From: Octopus sinensis
Taxonomy: Eukaryota
Direction: 5' to 3'
DNA: 64,000 bases
Assembly: GCF_006345805.1 (NCBI RefSeq)
Contig: NC_042997.1
Location: forward strand, 173,352,001 to 173,416,000
Shown: piece after piece, positions 1-14,144 of the stretch
Position numbering within the stretch: the stretch's first letter is position 1
How the letters are laid out: each line of letters begins with the position of its first letter
Notes under the pieces: generated by a model
The model's database searches: none
What the model was told of the DNA's origin: nothing
What the model saw: the letters and a program-made list of their open reading frames with translations, nothing else
Program-made: the position numbers and the translations under genes

Positions 1-701
1 GTCCTTTTCTATTGAGCAATGCTGGCTGTTGTCGGAGTTTCTTATGCATTTCATCCATTTGCTGACAGTACTTCTCTGCCATAATGGTTTTGCCTGGATC
101 CAAAAAGCTGTGATGGATGAGACCGGCCGCAGACCACCAAACAGTCACCATGACCTTCTTTTGGTGCAAGTTTGGCTTCAGGAAGTGCCGTGGAGCTTTG
201 TCGGCGCCCAACCACTGAGCTGAGCGTTGCCGGTTGTCGTAAAGAATCCACTTTTCATCGCAAGTCACAATCCGGTCGATACACGGGTCGTTCTTGTTGC
301 GTAAAAGAAGGGAAGATGACACTTCAAAGCGGCGTTTTTTTTTTTTTTTTGGTTTCGTTCAATTCATGCGGCACCCATTTCTCAAGTATTTTTATTTTTC
401 CAATCTCTTTCAAGTGGTTGGAAATTGTCGAATGCGTTACGTCTAATTCAGAAGCAAGCTCTCGAACAGTTGTGCGTGGATTGGCTTCGACTAAGGCTCT
501 ATTGTTGTCAACATCCGATGGCCGACCACTACGCTTATCATCTTCAAGACTCTCGTCACCGCTACGAAATTTCTTGAACCACCATTGTGCAGTACGTTCA
601 TTAGTGGTTCGTGGGCCAAACGCATCGTTGATATCGCGAGCTGTTTCAGCAGCTTTTCGGCCTAGCTTGAACTGGAATAAGAAAATTGTGCGATTTTGCA
701 T
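1..701 (-). pseudogene. Mariner transposase, frameshifted at a homopolymer
   Basis: WVPHEL linker and TCDEKW (first catalytic D) motifs lie in different frames. Confidence 0.9.
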
Positions 702-903
702 TTTGTCCGTGTTGTTGTATTCAACGTTCCAGAAAAAATCGCCTAATTATTCAAAAAGAAAAAGAGTAGCACGATTAGATAGAGCGAAAAACGGGCTTTA
801 AAATGATATATAAAGTCAAAGTAATTTAATGAAAATTAATTTGAAAATACATCATTTAAAACCAAAATTAAAAATTCCGTAGAACTTTCTTGACAACCTA
901 ATA
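1..903 (-). mobile_element. Mariner transposon (Hsmar1/cecropia-like), 5' part; 3' part lies outside the window
   Basis: Minus strand starts TA+TTAGGTTGTCAAGAAAGTTCTACGG (mariner-type TIR, ends at 903). ORF 324-701 has the HTH region and WVPHEL. After a frameshift at poly-T ~335-350 it continues RRFEVSSSLLLRNKNDPCIDRIVTCDEKWILYDN...KKVMVTVWWSAAGLIHHSFL...NRKG. Confidence 0.95.
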
Positions 904-955
904 CACACACCACACACACAACCACACACCACACAACACCCCCACACACACACCT

Positions 956-1005
<50 letters not shown>

Positions 1006-1036
1006 TATATATTATATATATTATATATATATATAT
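904..1036. repeat. (CA)n/(TA)n microsatellite, representative of dozens in the window
   Basis: Direct inspection. Confidence 0.95.
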
Positions 1037-1662
1037 TGTTAATAACCCTTGCATTGGTATGTAAAATTGGGTTGACCTATTCAATTTTCTTCGAATTTGC
1101 ATATACTATAAAATAGATATTAGCTATTTTTCAACAGATGAGAGGCATAAACAATCTCTGACGTAAATGAGACTTAAATAAAGGAAACTGCTGGTTAGGT
1201 GGACTAACCACACAGTAATAAAAGCTTTGCTCGTGGATATATAATGTAACGATGTAGTTACATTATGCTCGGAGGTGTTGCTACGTGACCAAGATATTCG
1301 CTTCGCAATCACGCACTATAAATTTCGATTCCATTGCGTAGTACATTTGGCAAATGTCTTCTAACATATCTATTTGTTAACAGAAAACGTGTGAATGAAA
1401 CTGAAATTGAATATAAGGAAGTCCGCAAAAAACAAAAATAAAAAAAATGTCTTTTTGTTTGGGAGACTCATTCTTTTGACCAATTTAGTACCACTAATCA
1501 GCCCTTCGGTGCCAGTATTCACCCGAAAAATAGCTTGATATTTTGACATATTTCAAAGAGTCCTAGCTTTTTTGTTCTCCCATCTTCCTCCAACTTACGT
1601 ATCTCGGAGGTTATGAGAAACCTTTTCTAACCACGTCATAAAACAAAAATTGTCTGGGAAAT

Positions 1663-2072
1663 GCAACGGGTGATCAGTGGCGCAGCTAGATTGTGTAATG
1701 CCGAGGATAGCCCTTGCGTTTTGCCCCCACACCGGGCCAATACGGTCTATACATATTTATACGAGAGACCTAAAAATGCTGCTCAGTAAAAGGAGGTGGA
1801 CCATCTTGCGTTCTATCCTTAGCTACGTTACGCGGGTGAGACCGTAATACGACAAGACGCACAGATTAGAGCAACAGGTGACCAGTGGCACAACTAGATT
1901 GTGTGCCTTCGGGGACAACCCTTGAGTTTTCCCCCACGCTGGGTCAATACAGCCAATACATATTCAAAAGACAGACCTAAAAATGCTGCTCAGTAAAAGC
2001 ATAGTCTGAGGTGAACCATCTCCTTGCTTTCTCTCCTTAGCTACGCAACGCGAGTGAGACCGCACAGATTAG
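1663..2072 (+). repeat. Diverged tandem duplication (~205 bp x2), each unit with hAT-MITE-like ends
   Basis: Units start GCAAC(G/A)GGTGA at 1663 and 1871. Each contains CAGTGGCRCARCTAG...AGACCTAAAAATGCTGCTCAGTAAAAG...TAGCTACG. Confidence 0.75.
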
Positions 2073-3918
2073 TCGAACCAACGAAAGAGCCTTTACCCTA
2101 CTTATTCGAAATAGCAGAAATCTCCTTCATATTGCAGAGTGTTGTCATCTTTACGTAAAAGAAAAGGACACTGTGTATTATATTCCTAGATACACTATGT
2201 CTAACAAAAGACGAGGGTGGCATAGCCATGATTAGAACGGACACCTTTGAGCATAAATCTTCTGATCATGTTTGACCTAGAACTATACAACAACAAGTAG
2301 AATATCAACCCATCTGAGAATATAAAAACCACAAAAACAAACAAAAACAAAACGACTTCGAATAGAAGCGGACTGGCATCAGATTTTTTCGAGAGACATG
2401 CAAACGAATGTTAGGTTACATAAAGTGAGCTGTCGCACCCCACAGACAGCACAGGGTTATAAAGATAGAAAAAGATTATGATTAAAGTGGGGGTACAAAT
2501 TGCTGGAGAGCGCCTAGCAAGGAATATTGAGGTGGGGGTTGGCGGTAGGTAGCGGAAAATGTTGGTATTTCCGATATGGCGTTCTGATTTCATTTATATC
2601 CTGTCAAAATTGGCATCCATTCTAACAGCGGCACTCTGTTTTGTCAGATGTTTTCTAAGATTGATTGGCTTTCGGACAAGTGTGTTTGTATATGTGTGTG
2701 TGTTTGTGTGTGTGCCTAGGTATGCATGCGTGTACATATTTGTATATAAGAGTGTATGTGTCTGTATGTGTCTGTAAATATATATGCAAGTAAGTATAGA
2801 TGTGAGAATACATGCTGTTATTTATATATATACATATAAACTCGCATGTATGTTTTCATATATATTATGTGTGTGTGTATGTGTACGTATGTGTGTGTGT
2901 GTGTGTGTGGTGTGTATGTGTGTTGTTCATTCATACACACCGTACATTCTTTACATGCTTATATAATGTATATTTATACACATGTAAATGCATGGAAAAT
3001 ACGCGTAGGCACATGTAGCAAAAAATATACACATAGATATCATTATTGATATAGATGGATACTTACACATGCAAATACACACACACACACACATATCCTC
3101 TCTGTGTCTCTTTTTCATACACACATACTCACACACAACTACACACACGCGCATATTTATTGAACAATCTTGAAATATATTTCATTGTTTACGTATCTTT
3201 ATAGATCTGCAGTAAGTAGAGGCCAAGAACCGATTTGCGTCGGTATTTTTTAGACAGCAGTTTAAGAATCTAAAAAAAAAAAAAAAAAAAAAAACAAAAC
3301 AAAAAACAAACAAAAAAAACAAAGAATAAAAAGAAGCATGTGATGTGTATTATTTGAAGAAAAATAAGATGTTGTAAAATTATGCCTCTCCCAAGAATGT
3401 AAGTAGTGAAACAGAATGGAAATAACCCGACGTTGGTGTCAAAACTTTGCTGACTAAGGAGAGAATTTCACGTCTATTCTACGATGCATGCCTAAACGAG
3501 AATTAAAGGCTAATTTTGATCTTCTGACGATCCTTTCTTAGGGATATATTCTAAAGTAAACTTTCGAACATATCAGTGCGGTGCATAAGACGATATTTAA
3601 AGTCCCAAGACTAATCACTCCTACAAAACTACAAAAAGACAAAAAGAAAAAAAAGGGGGTTGTCTTATATGCCAGATATATAAACTGTATTTTTAATAAA
3701 TTTCTGTGAAGGAAGGAAACATCATTAATCAGTGATGCAACAACTAAAATACAGTAATATGAAATGGTGGTTGTGGAAGCCATGTTCTGCGTTTGGGTGT
3801 GTGTGAGCGATCCTACTCTAGCGAAACTTGGTTGGTGTTGCGAGCATGTGAATTTATAATTAACAGAATTGACGAGCTAAAAAAACAAAAAAAAACCCAA
3901 AACCCCCCAGAAAAACAA

Positions 3919-4184
3919 GCAGGCGTAGACGTGGGTGTGTGGTAATATCCCAGCCACATGTTTCCGGGTTCAGTGTCACTGCGGGGCACCGTAGGTAAGT
4001 GTCTTCTACTATAGCCCCAAGCCAATTAAAGCTTTGTGAGTTGATATGGTAGATGGAAGCTGAAAGCCCGTATGATATATATTTATAATTAGTGTACATT
4101 TATACACAAAAGAGGTGACTCTAAACAGGACACCTTACTAGTAGAAAAATCTCTCTAATATTCCTACCCTATAATATATATATA

Positions 4185-4223
<39 letters not shown>

Positions 4224-4226
4224 GTA

Positions 4227-4262
<36 letters not shown>

Positions 4263-4480
4263 GTATGTATGTATACATTTTATGCATGTGTGCATGTGTA
4301 TGTCTTTGTGTCTGTGTCCCCTCACGATCGCTTGACAACCAGTGTTGGTGTGTTTGCATCCCCGTGAAAGGACCGCTAGAACAGCTACTTGGGGGTCAAA
4401 TTGTTCGACTAAAACTCTTCAAGGTGGTGCTCCAGCATGGCCGCAGTCAAATGACTGAAACGAGTAAACGAGTAAAAGAA
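3919..4480 (+). mobile_element. SINE family B (tRNA-like head, internal microsatellite, tail ending GTAAAAGA)
   Basis: Matches the fuller copies at 39688 and 55349. Confidence 0.8.
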
Positions 4481-4529
4481 CAAAAGAAAGTTATTATTCT
4501 GTTGGAACTCTAACCTAGTGAGCAATGGG

Positions 4530-4860
4530 TGAAAAACCGTTCGAAGTTATTTGATGTCTGAGCCATTGGTTCATTGATCTGAAAGAGGATAATATGAAGG
4601 CGATTGAAGAGAATTCACATGGAAATTTTGGGTCAACGACAGAAAGCGAGGAAGTAGTCTGGAAAAATAGATATCAAAGTAAGAAAATTTGTGAAAAGGT
4701 CATAGTACTTAGTGTTAAACTTTATGGTTGCTTTAAATATAACAAGGCTAACAGAGATAGATACTTCTGAGTAGTATGTTAGGACTTGTTCAATGCACCA
4801 CTGATCATGTTTAGCGGTATTAGGATTAGAAACCTCGGGCATATTTGCTAACATTTAACA
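4530..4860 (+). pseudogene. Highly degraded RTE-type LINE ORF fragment (post-RT region)
   Basis: Broken translation includes VVWKNR..I and IVLSVKLYGC, resembling the VW.N....TK.VY...VL..LLYGC motif. Confidence 0.4.
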
Positions 4861-5679
4861 TATATAGTTCCATGTGACTTCTTACACACAAGAAAGTAAA
4901 TTTACAGAATTTAAAAATAACAAAGATATTAGATTCTGTGGTGATATTCCAATGGAAAATAGCTATATATTCTAACCTTTCTTATGAATAAAAGTTCCGT
5001 TACTGAAAACTGGATTTTAGAATTAAGTTCTGTAATCATTAGTTACTTTTATCCAGGTTTCTCTCCCCCACCCGATAATTCCATTACAGTTCGTCAGGTC
5101 TCTTTTGTCTGAATAGGAAAGAGATTTTGCAAATGAGAATTACCAGCTGCCTCAGCCAAACTTTAAACAATTACTGAGCTGTGTGTAGCGAACATGGTCC
5201 CCCTATGCGATGGCCAATTAAGAATTAATCATTTTTTTTTTTTTTTTACATCATGGTGCTTCAAATATTTAGTGATTAGCGGATGGTAATTTAGAAGCTG
5301 CAACGTTTTTGACTTCGCAAACACGCTTTAACAAAGATAAATCAAACTGATTTGAATCATAGAAACGAAGACAAACATTGGCTTGCACGGGGTAGGGGCA
5401 TACAAAATTGGATAAGAAATTCGGTTTAGAACTGTCTGAGAAAGTTCATAATTTTCTGCAGTTAACGTTTCAATTACACAACAAAGCCGCTACATACATT
5501 AATTGTGTACATCTAGCAAGATAGCACAGGTGTTTCTAATTAGCCAGATATACCGAATTCAACTAATTCCAAATTATAGACTGAAATTTTGATGACATTG
5601 CTTGCAAACAGAGCCGCATGATCTAATGGAGAAAACTAGTAAAACAGAACAAAGATACACCAGCAGAAAAACTAAATAT

Positions 5680-5872
5680 TTGGCATAAAACCAGCAAGTC
5701 CGTATATCGATTATATCGACCCCCAGTACTCAACTGGTACTTATTTTATCGATCCCGTGATGATGAAAGACAAAGTCAGCCTCGATAGAATTTGAACTCA
5801 GAGTATACAGACAGACGAAATGCTGCGAAGCATTTTGTCAAGCATGCTAACAGTTCCGTCTGCTCACCGCTT
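5680..5872 (-). mobile_element. SINE family A, older copy
   Basis: ATCGACCCCCAGTACTCAACTGGTACTT...GAATTTGAACTCAGA. Confidence 0.75.
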
Positions 5873-5959
5873 TAGAAAAGCTGAATATTCAGAAGCCATT
5901 ATGAGGGTCACTTCAATGACTTTCACTTAAAATAATAAATAAATGAAAATAAAAAAATG

Positions 5960-6447
5960 AACAGGTTTGGTTGTGTAGTCAAGAAGCTTGCTTCCCAACC
6001 ATGTGGTTTTCCGTTCAGTCTCACTGCGAACCATCTTGGGCAGAGTATCTTCTATTATTGCCCGGGCCTGCCAATGTTTTGTAGGAGGAAAATGAATGAA
6101 TCCTGTCATATATATGTGTGTATGTGTGTGTGTGTGTGTCTATGTGTTGGGCCAACCAATGCTTTGAAAACAGAAAGTGAATGAAGCCTGTCGTATGTGT
6201 GTGTGTGTTTTGTGTATGTATATGTGTCTCTGTGTTTGTGTTCTAATTGTCCCTCCTTACCGCTTAACAACTGGTGTTGATTTGCTTATGTCCCCGTAAG
6301 ATAGTAGTTAGGCAAAAGAAACCGACATTATCAATCTTTAAAAAAGAAAAAAAGAGTGCTGCGGCCGAATTGTTCGATTAATCTTCAAGGTGATACTCCA
6401 GCGTGTTCATAGTCCAATGGCTAAAACACGTAATAGATAAAAGATAA
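5960..6447 (+). mobile_element. SINE family B, degraded
   Basis: Head GGTTGTGTAGTCAAGAAGCTTGCTTCCCAACCATGTGG, then microsatellite, then B tail. Confidence 0.7.
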
Positions 6448-7174
6448 ACGAAAAAAATTCAAAGAAATAGCATTTATTAGAAATGTGCATGAACCCCCAA
6501 AAAGAGTACAAGCCTTATATTTTCATATGCCAACCGATGAACAATCTTTCACATATAGATCGATACACATTCATAATTACTTCGATAAGTACATTTAAGG
6601 CCATGTTTTCCTCATGAGGTAAAAATAAAATTAAAACATGTCCGAAATTGCCTCTCCTTCCGCATAATTATGTGTAGTTAGTAATTAAAAGGTAATTAAA
6701 AAGTCATGCACATCAGTTACGATAATATTTAATTAACGAGTCTGACATGCTCATTTATTCAGATAAGTTACATATTTTTTCTGAGCCCTAAAAAACACTG
6801 AAGTTTACGAAACTGAAGCTAAGTTTTTTTTAAATCTTCTTTTGTTAACTGTTGGAAATACTTAGTTTACGTAAAAAGCATTGACAGTAGACCAAAACGC
6901 AAAAACAAACTGATCTTCCATATTAGATAATGTCTTTTGACATGAAGACGAGGTTTAAAATTTGAGTCATTGATAAAGTTGATCAGTCAGAAGACGAAAA
7001 ATCAAAATCTGATCTAGGATAATTTGAACTCAGATAGTATAAGCACTTAACTAAAATCTCGCCAAGAAATGTATGTCATTCTACCGATATTATTAATATT
7101 TATTTGGAGACTGTCGAAATAATGTAGACTCCTCTGACGAGAACTCAATCGATTAACGTAGTTCAATTTTACAA

Positions 7175-7403
7175 AGCGACGAGCTTGCAGAAACGTTAGC
7201 ATGCCGGGCGAAATGCTTAGCGGTATTTCGTCTGCCGCTACGTTCTGAGTTTAAATTCCACCGAGGTCGACTTTGCCTTTCATCCTTTCGGGGTCGATAA
7301 ATTAAGTACCATTTACGCACTGGGGTCGATATAATCGACTTAATCCGTTTGTCTGTCCTTGTTTGTCCCCTCTGTGTAGTCCCTTGTGGGTAGTAAAGAA
7401 ATA
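7175..7403 (+). mobile_element. SINE family A, full length
   Basis: tRNA-like head with GAGTTYAAATTCC B-box, central GCCTTTCATCCTTTCGGGGTCGATAAA, tail TGTGGGTAGTAAAGAAATA. Confidence 0.9.
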
Positions 7404-7719
7404 ATTATTAATATATATATTTTTTTACGACATATGGCTTACAAATTTGGTGGAAGAAAGCAGTCGACTTGACCAACCAAGTACTTTTGATCGCTGGTGT
7501 ATTTTATGAACTCTGGAATGACGCAAGCCAGTATCTTTCGAACGGCGGCATTTGCTGCGACACCTAAAATTAAGTATGCATGCATGTATGTATGTGTGTG
7601 TGTGTGTATACATATACATACATATATATATTCATATATATGTACATATATAGATGTAGATATATATCTATTGATTCTATCTTTTTACTAATTCATTCCT
7701 CTCTGTCTCTGTCTATCTG

Positions 7720-7800
<81 letters not shown>

Positions 7801-7804
7801 TTGC

Positions 7805-8062
7805 TCTTTTGCTCTTTTACTTGTTCAGTCATTTTGACTATGGCCATGCTGGAGCAAATCGACCCCAGGTCTTATTCTTTGTAAGCCTAGTACTTATTTT
7901 ACACACACACGCACACACACAAATATACGACGGGCCTCTATCAGTTTCCGTCTACCTAATCTACTCACATGGCTTTGGTCGGCCCGAAGCTATAGTAGAA
8001 GATACTTACTTGGCCAAGGTGCCACGCAGTGGGACTGAGGCCGGAACCATGTGGTTGGGAAG
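7805..8062 (-). mobile_element. SINE family B, internally deleted
   Basis: Reverse complement of the B tail and head segments. Confidence 0.75.
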
Positions 8063-8389
8063 CATTTTCTCAGAGTCTTCGAAAGCTTAGTGTGATGGGT
8101 TTTACTGGTACAGAAAAATTATTCTCCCACTTTCTTACTTGCGTGGAAGTAAACCTTCCTCATCCCAATATATATAAGATGTCCATAAATTACCATTACA
8201 ATTTAATAATTCATGTAAAAAAAAAAAATGAAAGATAAGGATAACCCAGCATAGTTCACCGGAAAACATTGGCAAACGAATACAGTTTTATCAGAAATAT
8301 CAGAACACTTCCATACGGGCTCCATTTGTTGTACGAAATAATGCAATATAATAGTCAAATCGAATAATCGAACGTTAAAACTAATATCT

Positions 8390-8620
8390 GTTTCTTTATT
8401 ACCCACAAGGGGCTATACACAGAGAGGACAAACAAGGACAGACAAAGGGATTAAGTCGATTACATCGACCCCAGTGCGTAACTAGTACTTAATTTATCGA
8501 TCCCGAAAGGATGAAAGGCAAAGTCGACCTCGGCGGAATTTGAACTCAGAATGTAACGGCGGGCAAAATACCGCTTAGCATTTCGTCCGGCATGCTAACG
8601 ATTCTGCCAGCTCGCCGCCT
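8390..8620 (-). mobile_element. SINE family A, full length, flanked by a ~41-bp direct repeat
   Basis: Reverse complement of the A consensus. Flanks 8344-8384 and 8631-8671 are near-identical. Confidence 0.9.
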
Positions 8621-8924
8621 TAATTAGATACAATATAATGGTGAATTCGAATAATCGAACGTTAAAACTAACAATAACCAACTCGTGGAATGTATTAGTT
8701 TGACGTTGGGTAAAAAGAGAGAGAGTTTTTGACACAAAAACAGCTCATCCTCAGAAAGAAGAACAGAAAAGTCAAGAGAAGGAAACATATCACTAATAGC
8801 ATGTGTAGTTACATTGCTGAAGTTAGCGAGGGTGGAAAGAGATGGGGAAAGTTTTGTTTTTTTTTGGACAGGAGTGTGCGAAAATGTCCAGTGTGTGTGT
8901 GGTAGTATCTGTGTCTGAGTGATG

Positions 8925-8939
<15 letters not shown>

Positions 8940-8956
<17 letters not shown>

Positions 8957-9170
8957 GTGCATGTCTTTGTGTTTGTGTTTGTCCCCAACCACTGCTTGAC
9001 AACCGGTGTTGGTGTGTTTAAATTCCTGTAAACTAGCGGTTCGGCAATAGAAAAACCAGTAGAATCGTGCCAAGCTTTAAAAACAATTAAGTACTAAGGT
9101 CTGTCTATTCGTACAATCAATATTGTTCAAGACGATGCCCGAACATGGCCTCAGTCTAACGGCTGAAACT
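8940..9170 (+). mobile_element. SINE family B, 3' half
   Basis: CTTGACAACCGGTGTTGGTGTGTTT...AGCGGTTCGGCAA. Confidence 0.7.
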
Positions 9171-9177
9171 AGTGATG

Positions 9178-9310
9178 CAGGGCGTCCATAAATTATCTGT
9201 ACAACTTCTATTTATGGTATCTAATTATTTTGTAAAACGAATGGAGCCCGTATGGAAGTGCTCTGATATTTCTAATAAAACTGTATTCATTTGCCAATGT
9301 TTTCTGTACT
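9178..9310 (+). mobile_element. Tc1/mariner-like terminal fragment with an inverted partner at 8260-8342
   Basis: Begins CAGGGCGTCCATAAATTATC. 9225-9305 is the diverged reverse complement of 8260-8342. Confidence 0.5.
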
Positions 9311-9427
9311 TTTCTCTCGTGTCTTTACCTATTTTTCACTCGTTGGTGATGACCAACACTTTATGTGTATTTTTTTTTATTTATTTACAGCTGAACGCCA
9401 CGAGCCTTGTCCACAATTAGTTCTTAC

Positions 9428-9467
<40 letters not shown>

Positions 9468-9524
9468 TATAATATATATATATATAGACACGTATCTATC
9501 TATCTTCTATCTATCTATCTATCT

Positions 9525-9586
<62 letters not shown>

Positions 9587-9678
9587 CTTCCCTCTTTCCT
9601 GAGCGTCCAATAATACTTTTTTGTTCCACATCCTTGCGTTGTTGTCTTTTTGTTTTCTTGTTTGGATTAACTTTATAT

Positions 9679-9741
<63 letters not shown>

Positions 9742-9985
9742 ATGGTTATTCATTGACAAGGCTTGGGTGGGTCCAATGCTACTATAGCCCATGATACCAG
9801 CAGCGGGACTGAACACAGAACCATGTAGTTGGGAAGCAAGCTTAGAAACATATACTTATTTTCAAATATATATAAGTACACACACACACACACACGCACA
9901 CACACACACGCACACACACACACGCACACACACACACACGCACACACACACACACGCACACACACACACGCACACACACACACAC

Positions 9986-10032
<47 letters not shown>

Positions 10033-10033
<1 letters not shown>

Positions 10034-10217
10034 GTTGAAAATTACAGAAAAGCAAAAGACGAAGACAGGTGCATGAACAACAAGCAGGCGTATTAGTTTG
10101 ACGCTCGGGGAAGTGAGGAAGTCTTTTACGTTTCGAGCCTATGCTCTTCAACAGAAAGGAATAAGAGAAAATAAACAGAGGGAGAATAGAAAAAGCTTGT
10201 GGATTTAACGATCAAGC
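10033..10217 (-). mobile_element. Hammerhead-bearing short repeat E1 (Penelope-like terminal-repeat derivative)
   Basis: Homologous to 25952-26135 and 29545-29722. Sits between microsatellites. Confidence 0.7.
10123..10158 (-). ncRNA. Minimal type-I hammerhead-like motif, CUGUUGA core
   Basis: CUUU CUGUUGA A GAGC-AUAG-GCUC GAA ACGU A AAAG. Confidence 0.55.
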
Positions 10218-10386
10218 TATATATGTATAGTTATTTATTTATTGATATATATTGTTTTAAAACATTTTCTATATGCTTTTGCATATACGCATACAAACGT
10301 ATCATGTGTGTATGCACATGCGTAGATGCCCTCACACACATATATATATATATACGATGGTTTCTTTTGTCGTATATGTATATATG

Positions 10387-10419
<33 letters not shown>

Positions 10420-10430
10420 ATATATATAAA

Positions 10431-10750
10431 AGACTCCGCCGGTTACGACGACGAGGGTCCCAGCTGATACGATCAACGGAACAGCTTGCTCGTGAAATTA
10501 ACGTGCAAATGGCTGAGCATTCCACAGACACGTGTACCCTTAACGTAGTTCTCGGGGATAATCAGCGTGACACAGAGAGTGACAAGGCTGACCCTTTGAA
10601 ATACAAGTACAACTCATTTTTGCCAGCTGAGTGGACTGGAGCAACGTGAAATAAAGTGTCTTGCTCAAGGACACAACGCGTCGCCGGGAATCGAACTCAC
10701 AACCTTACGATCATGAGCCGAATGCCCTAACCACTAAGCCACGCGCCCTC
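10431..10750 (-). mobile_element. SINE: D head + C1 tail
   Basis: Head GCGCGTGGCTTAGTGGTTAGGGCATTCGGC...GTTCGATTCCCGG, then TGTGTCCTTGAGCAAGACAC. Tail is shared with 33072 and 53427. Confidence 0.9.
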
Positions 10751-11114
10751 ACATGTATATATATACATACACACACACACACGCGAACACACACATATAT
10801 ACTCACACGCATAAACCGACATACTTTTTACATATTTGAACGCAATCTAAGAGTGCCTGCAGATATATGCTGTTCGTGCACACAGGCTTATCATAACTTC
10901 CTCTGTGGAATGATTGGCCTGAAGTTGAAATGCTGGCAACTTGACGAATGTTCAAAGAATGACTTCATTCCTTGATAAGTTACCAATCTTGAAGACACTT
11001 CCGCTTGTTTTTTGAGGAATTGACATGAGAAATAATTTAAAATATGTTACGAAATTAATCCAATATTCATCTTGTACATGCTGATGGATATCTATATACT
11101 TTGCATGTCATTCT

Positions 11115-11115
11115 G

Positions 11116-11212
<97 letters not shown>
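11115..11212. repeat. (CTAT)n tetranucleotide tract; others at ~9494-9585 and ~45197-45295
   Basis: Direct inspection. Confidence 0.95.
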
Positions 11213-11407
11213 TTCTTCCGGTTCTTTCCTGTTTCTGTATACATTTCCGCACATGCACAAACACAGGCACACTTGCGTAGATATACATAGTCTTTACAAT
11301 ATATGTCTGAAACATTTTGTTAATTAATATTGCACGGAACTACATGTACACATGCACCCAACACAGCTAAACACACATTACCCGTGTGCGAATAAATATG
11401 CGCACAC

Positions 11408-11453
<46 letters not shown>

Positions 11454-11552
11454 CACAACTAGATACATACATTCATATATATATGTTTAAGCATACATAC
11501 AATTACCATATACACATATAATAATATATATAATAATTATATATATATAATA

Positions 11553-11584
<32 letters not shown>

Positions 11585-11598
11585 GGTAGGTGTATATA

Positions 11599-11642
<44 letters not shown>

Positions 11643-11710
11643 GTGTGGTGTGTGTGTATGAGTATGTATATGTATGCAAAAAGTACATGTATGTGCATAT
11701 ATATATATAT

Positions 11711-12120
11711 ACAGGCGTGGCTGTGTAGTAAGAAGCTTCCTTCCCAGCCACATATTTCTGGGTTCAGTCCCGCTGCGTGTCACCTTGAACAAGTGTCTTC
11801 TACCATAACCTCAGGCCGATCAAATCCTTGTGAGTGGATTTGGTAGACGGAAACTGAAAGAAGCCTGTCGTATATATGTGTGTACATGTGTTTATGTGTA
11901 TGGGTCTGTGTTTGTTTCTCCCGGCATCACTTGATAACCGATGCTGGTGATTTTATATCCCCGTAACCTAGCAGTTCGGCAACAGGGCCCGATAAAATAA
12001 GTACTAGTCTTACGAAGGATAAATCCCGGGGTCGATTTCTTAAACTAAAATACTTTACACACATACGGTCGTCCAGCATGGCCGCAGTCAAATGGGTGAA
12101 ACAAGTGAAAAAGTAAAAGA
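11711..12120 (+). mobile_element. SINE family B, near full length
   Basis: Head, CCTTGAACAAGTGTCTT, microsatellite, tail. Confidence 0.85.
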
Positions 12121-12239
12121 ATAATACGGTACACCATACAATTCACACGTTCATAGATACTCAGAAATACAATAACATACATAACACACACAGCTCTGTG
12201 TATTGTATGTCTGTGCTTGTATATATATATATATTATAT

Positions 12240-12277
<38 letters not shown>

Positions 12278-12524
12278 GGATAAGATCGTTAATTTGAGTA
12301 TCGATCTTATCAGTGAAGTCAGAAATTCGGGATCTGGTTTTATCAGTAATTTGTGCTAGTTGTTATGTCTTTTTGTTCTTCTCTCCTTGTGCTATATAAA
12401 ACACTTAACTGTAAGTTTAGAGTCAGGTTTTGGCTGTTATTTCCAGGCGTGGTGGTATCTCTTAGATACGCTAAATTATAATTTTAAATATAATATATAT
12501 ATATATCTATAATATATATGTATA

Positions 12525-12731
12525 AAGTAATCCAACCAACAAAAAGCACAAAAATACAACAACACGAGGACGTGGAACAATAAAGTATTATTGGACGCTC
12601 AGGAAAGAAGGAAAGAGGAGGGTTTAACGTTTCGAGCGGAGCTCTCTCCCGGAAACATAGGAGAGGAAGATCCAGAAAGGAAGACAGAGGGAAAAAAATC
12701 GCCAACGGTACACAGAGGTCACATTTTCAAA
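12525..12731 (-). mobile_element. Hammerhead-type short repeat E2, core decayed
   Basis: Homologous to 39138-39348 and 50561-50723. Flanked by (TA)n. Confidence 0.7.
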
Positions 12732-12838
12732 ATATAATATATATAAAATACTTGTCGTTTACTACCACCGGTATATGTAGTCATGAATTATATAGATATA
12801 TATATATTATAATATATACAGTATTATTATATATATAG

Positions 12839-12869
<31 letters not shown>

Positions 12870-13315
12870 CTGGCAGTTACCATGTCTTCTCTAATTCGGT
12901 TTCAATGCCGGCGTTAGGTCCAGAAAGAATGCTATAAATAATGCTAACTAAATTATAGATGTGAAAAATCGCCTTTCCCCTTATCATTATTGATAGTAGA
13001 TATATATATATCTATATACATACAACCTTCGACAGGGTAACAGTCATATACATAACTTGAACAGACACACATAACAGTACATAAATATAAGTTCACATGT
13101 ACATACACATACACATACACATACATACAGACACGTCTACACACTTACCTAAATACTCACATAAGTATATACGTACATACATAAATACATGTACACATAT
13201 GCATACGCACATACTTACATGGACACATACATACGTACATACATACATACATACATACATACATGCTCACATACATACATGCATGCATGCATACATACAT
13301 ACATACATACATACA

Positions 13316-13346
<31 letters not shown>

Positions 13347-13572
13347 CATGAACTAACTGTTACTTTTTCAGATGCAGCACGGAATTTCGTCAGTGAACAT
13401 GTCGCGGTCTCAACGCGACGAAAATATTACAAATTAAATTGAAATGTTGAAGTGAATCTAACGGTTTTTGTGTGATTTTAAATGGTTTATAAACACCTTC
13501 CACGCTGCAATTGTTTTTGTTTCAGCACACGATCTCAGATCAGGTCACGTGCTATGCAAGCACATCTCCGTG

Positions 13573-13625
<53 letters not shown>

Positions 13626-13631
13626 TACACA

Positions 13632-14144
<513 letters not shown>

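Noticed and set aside
172-801. 209-aa plus-strand ORF
   Set aside because: It is the antisense shadow of the mariner transposase.
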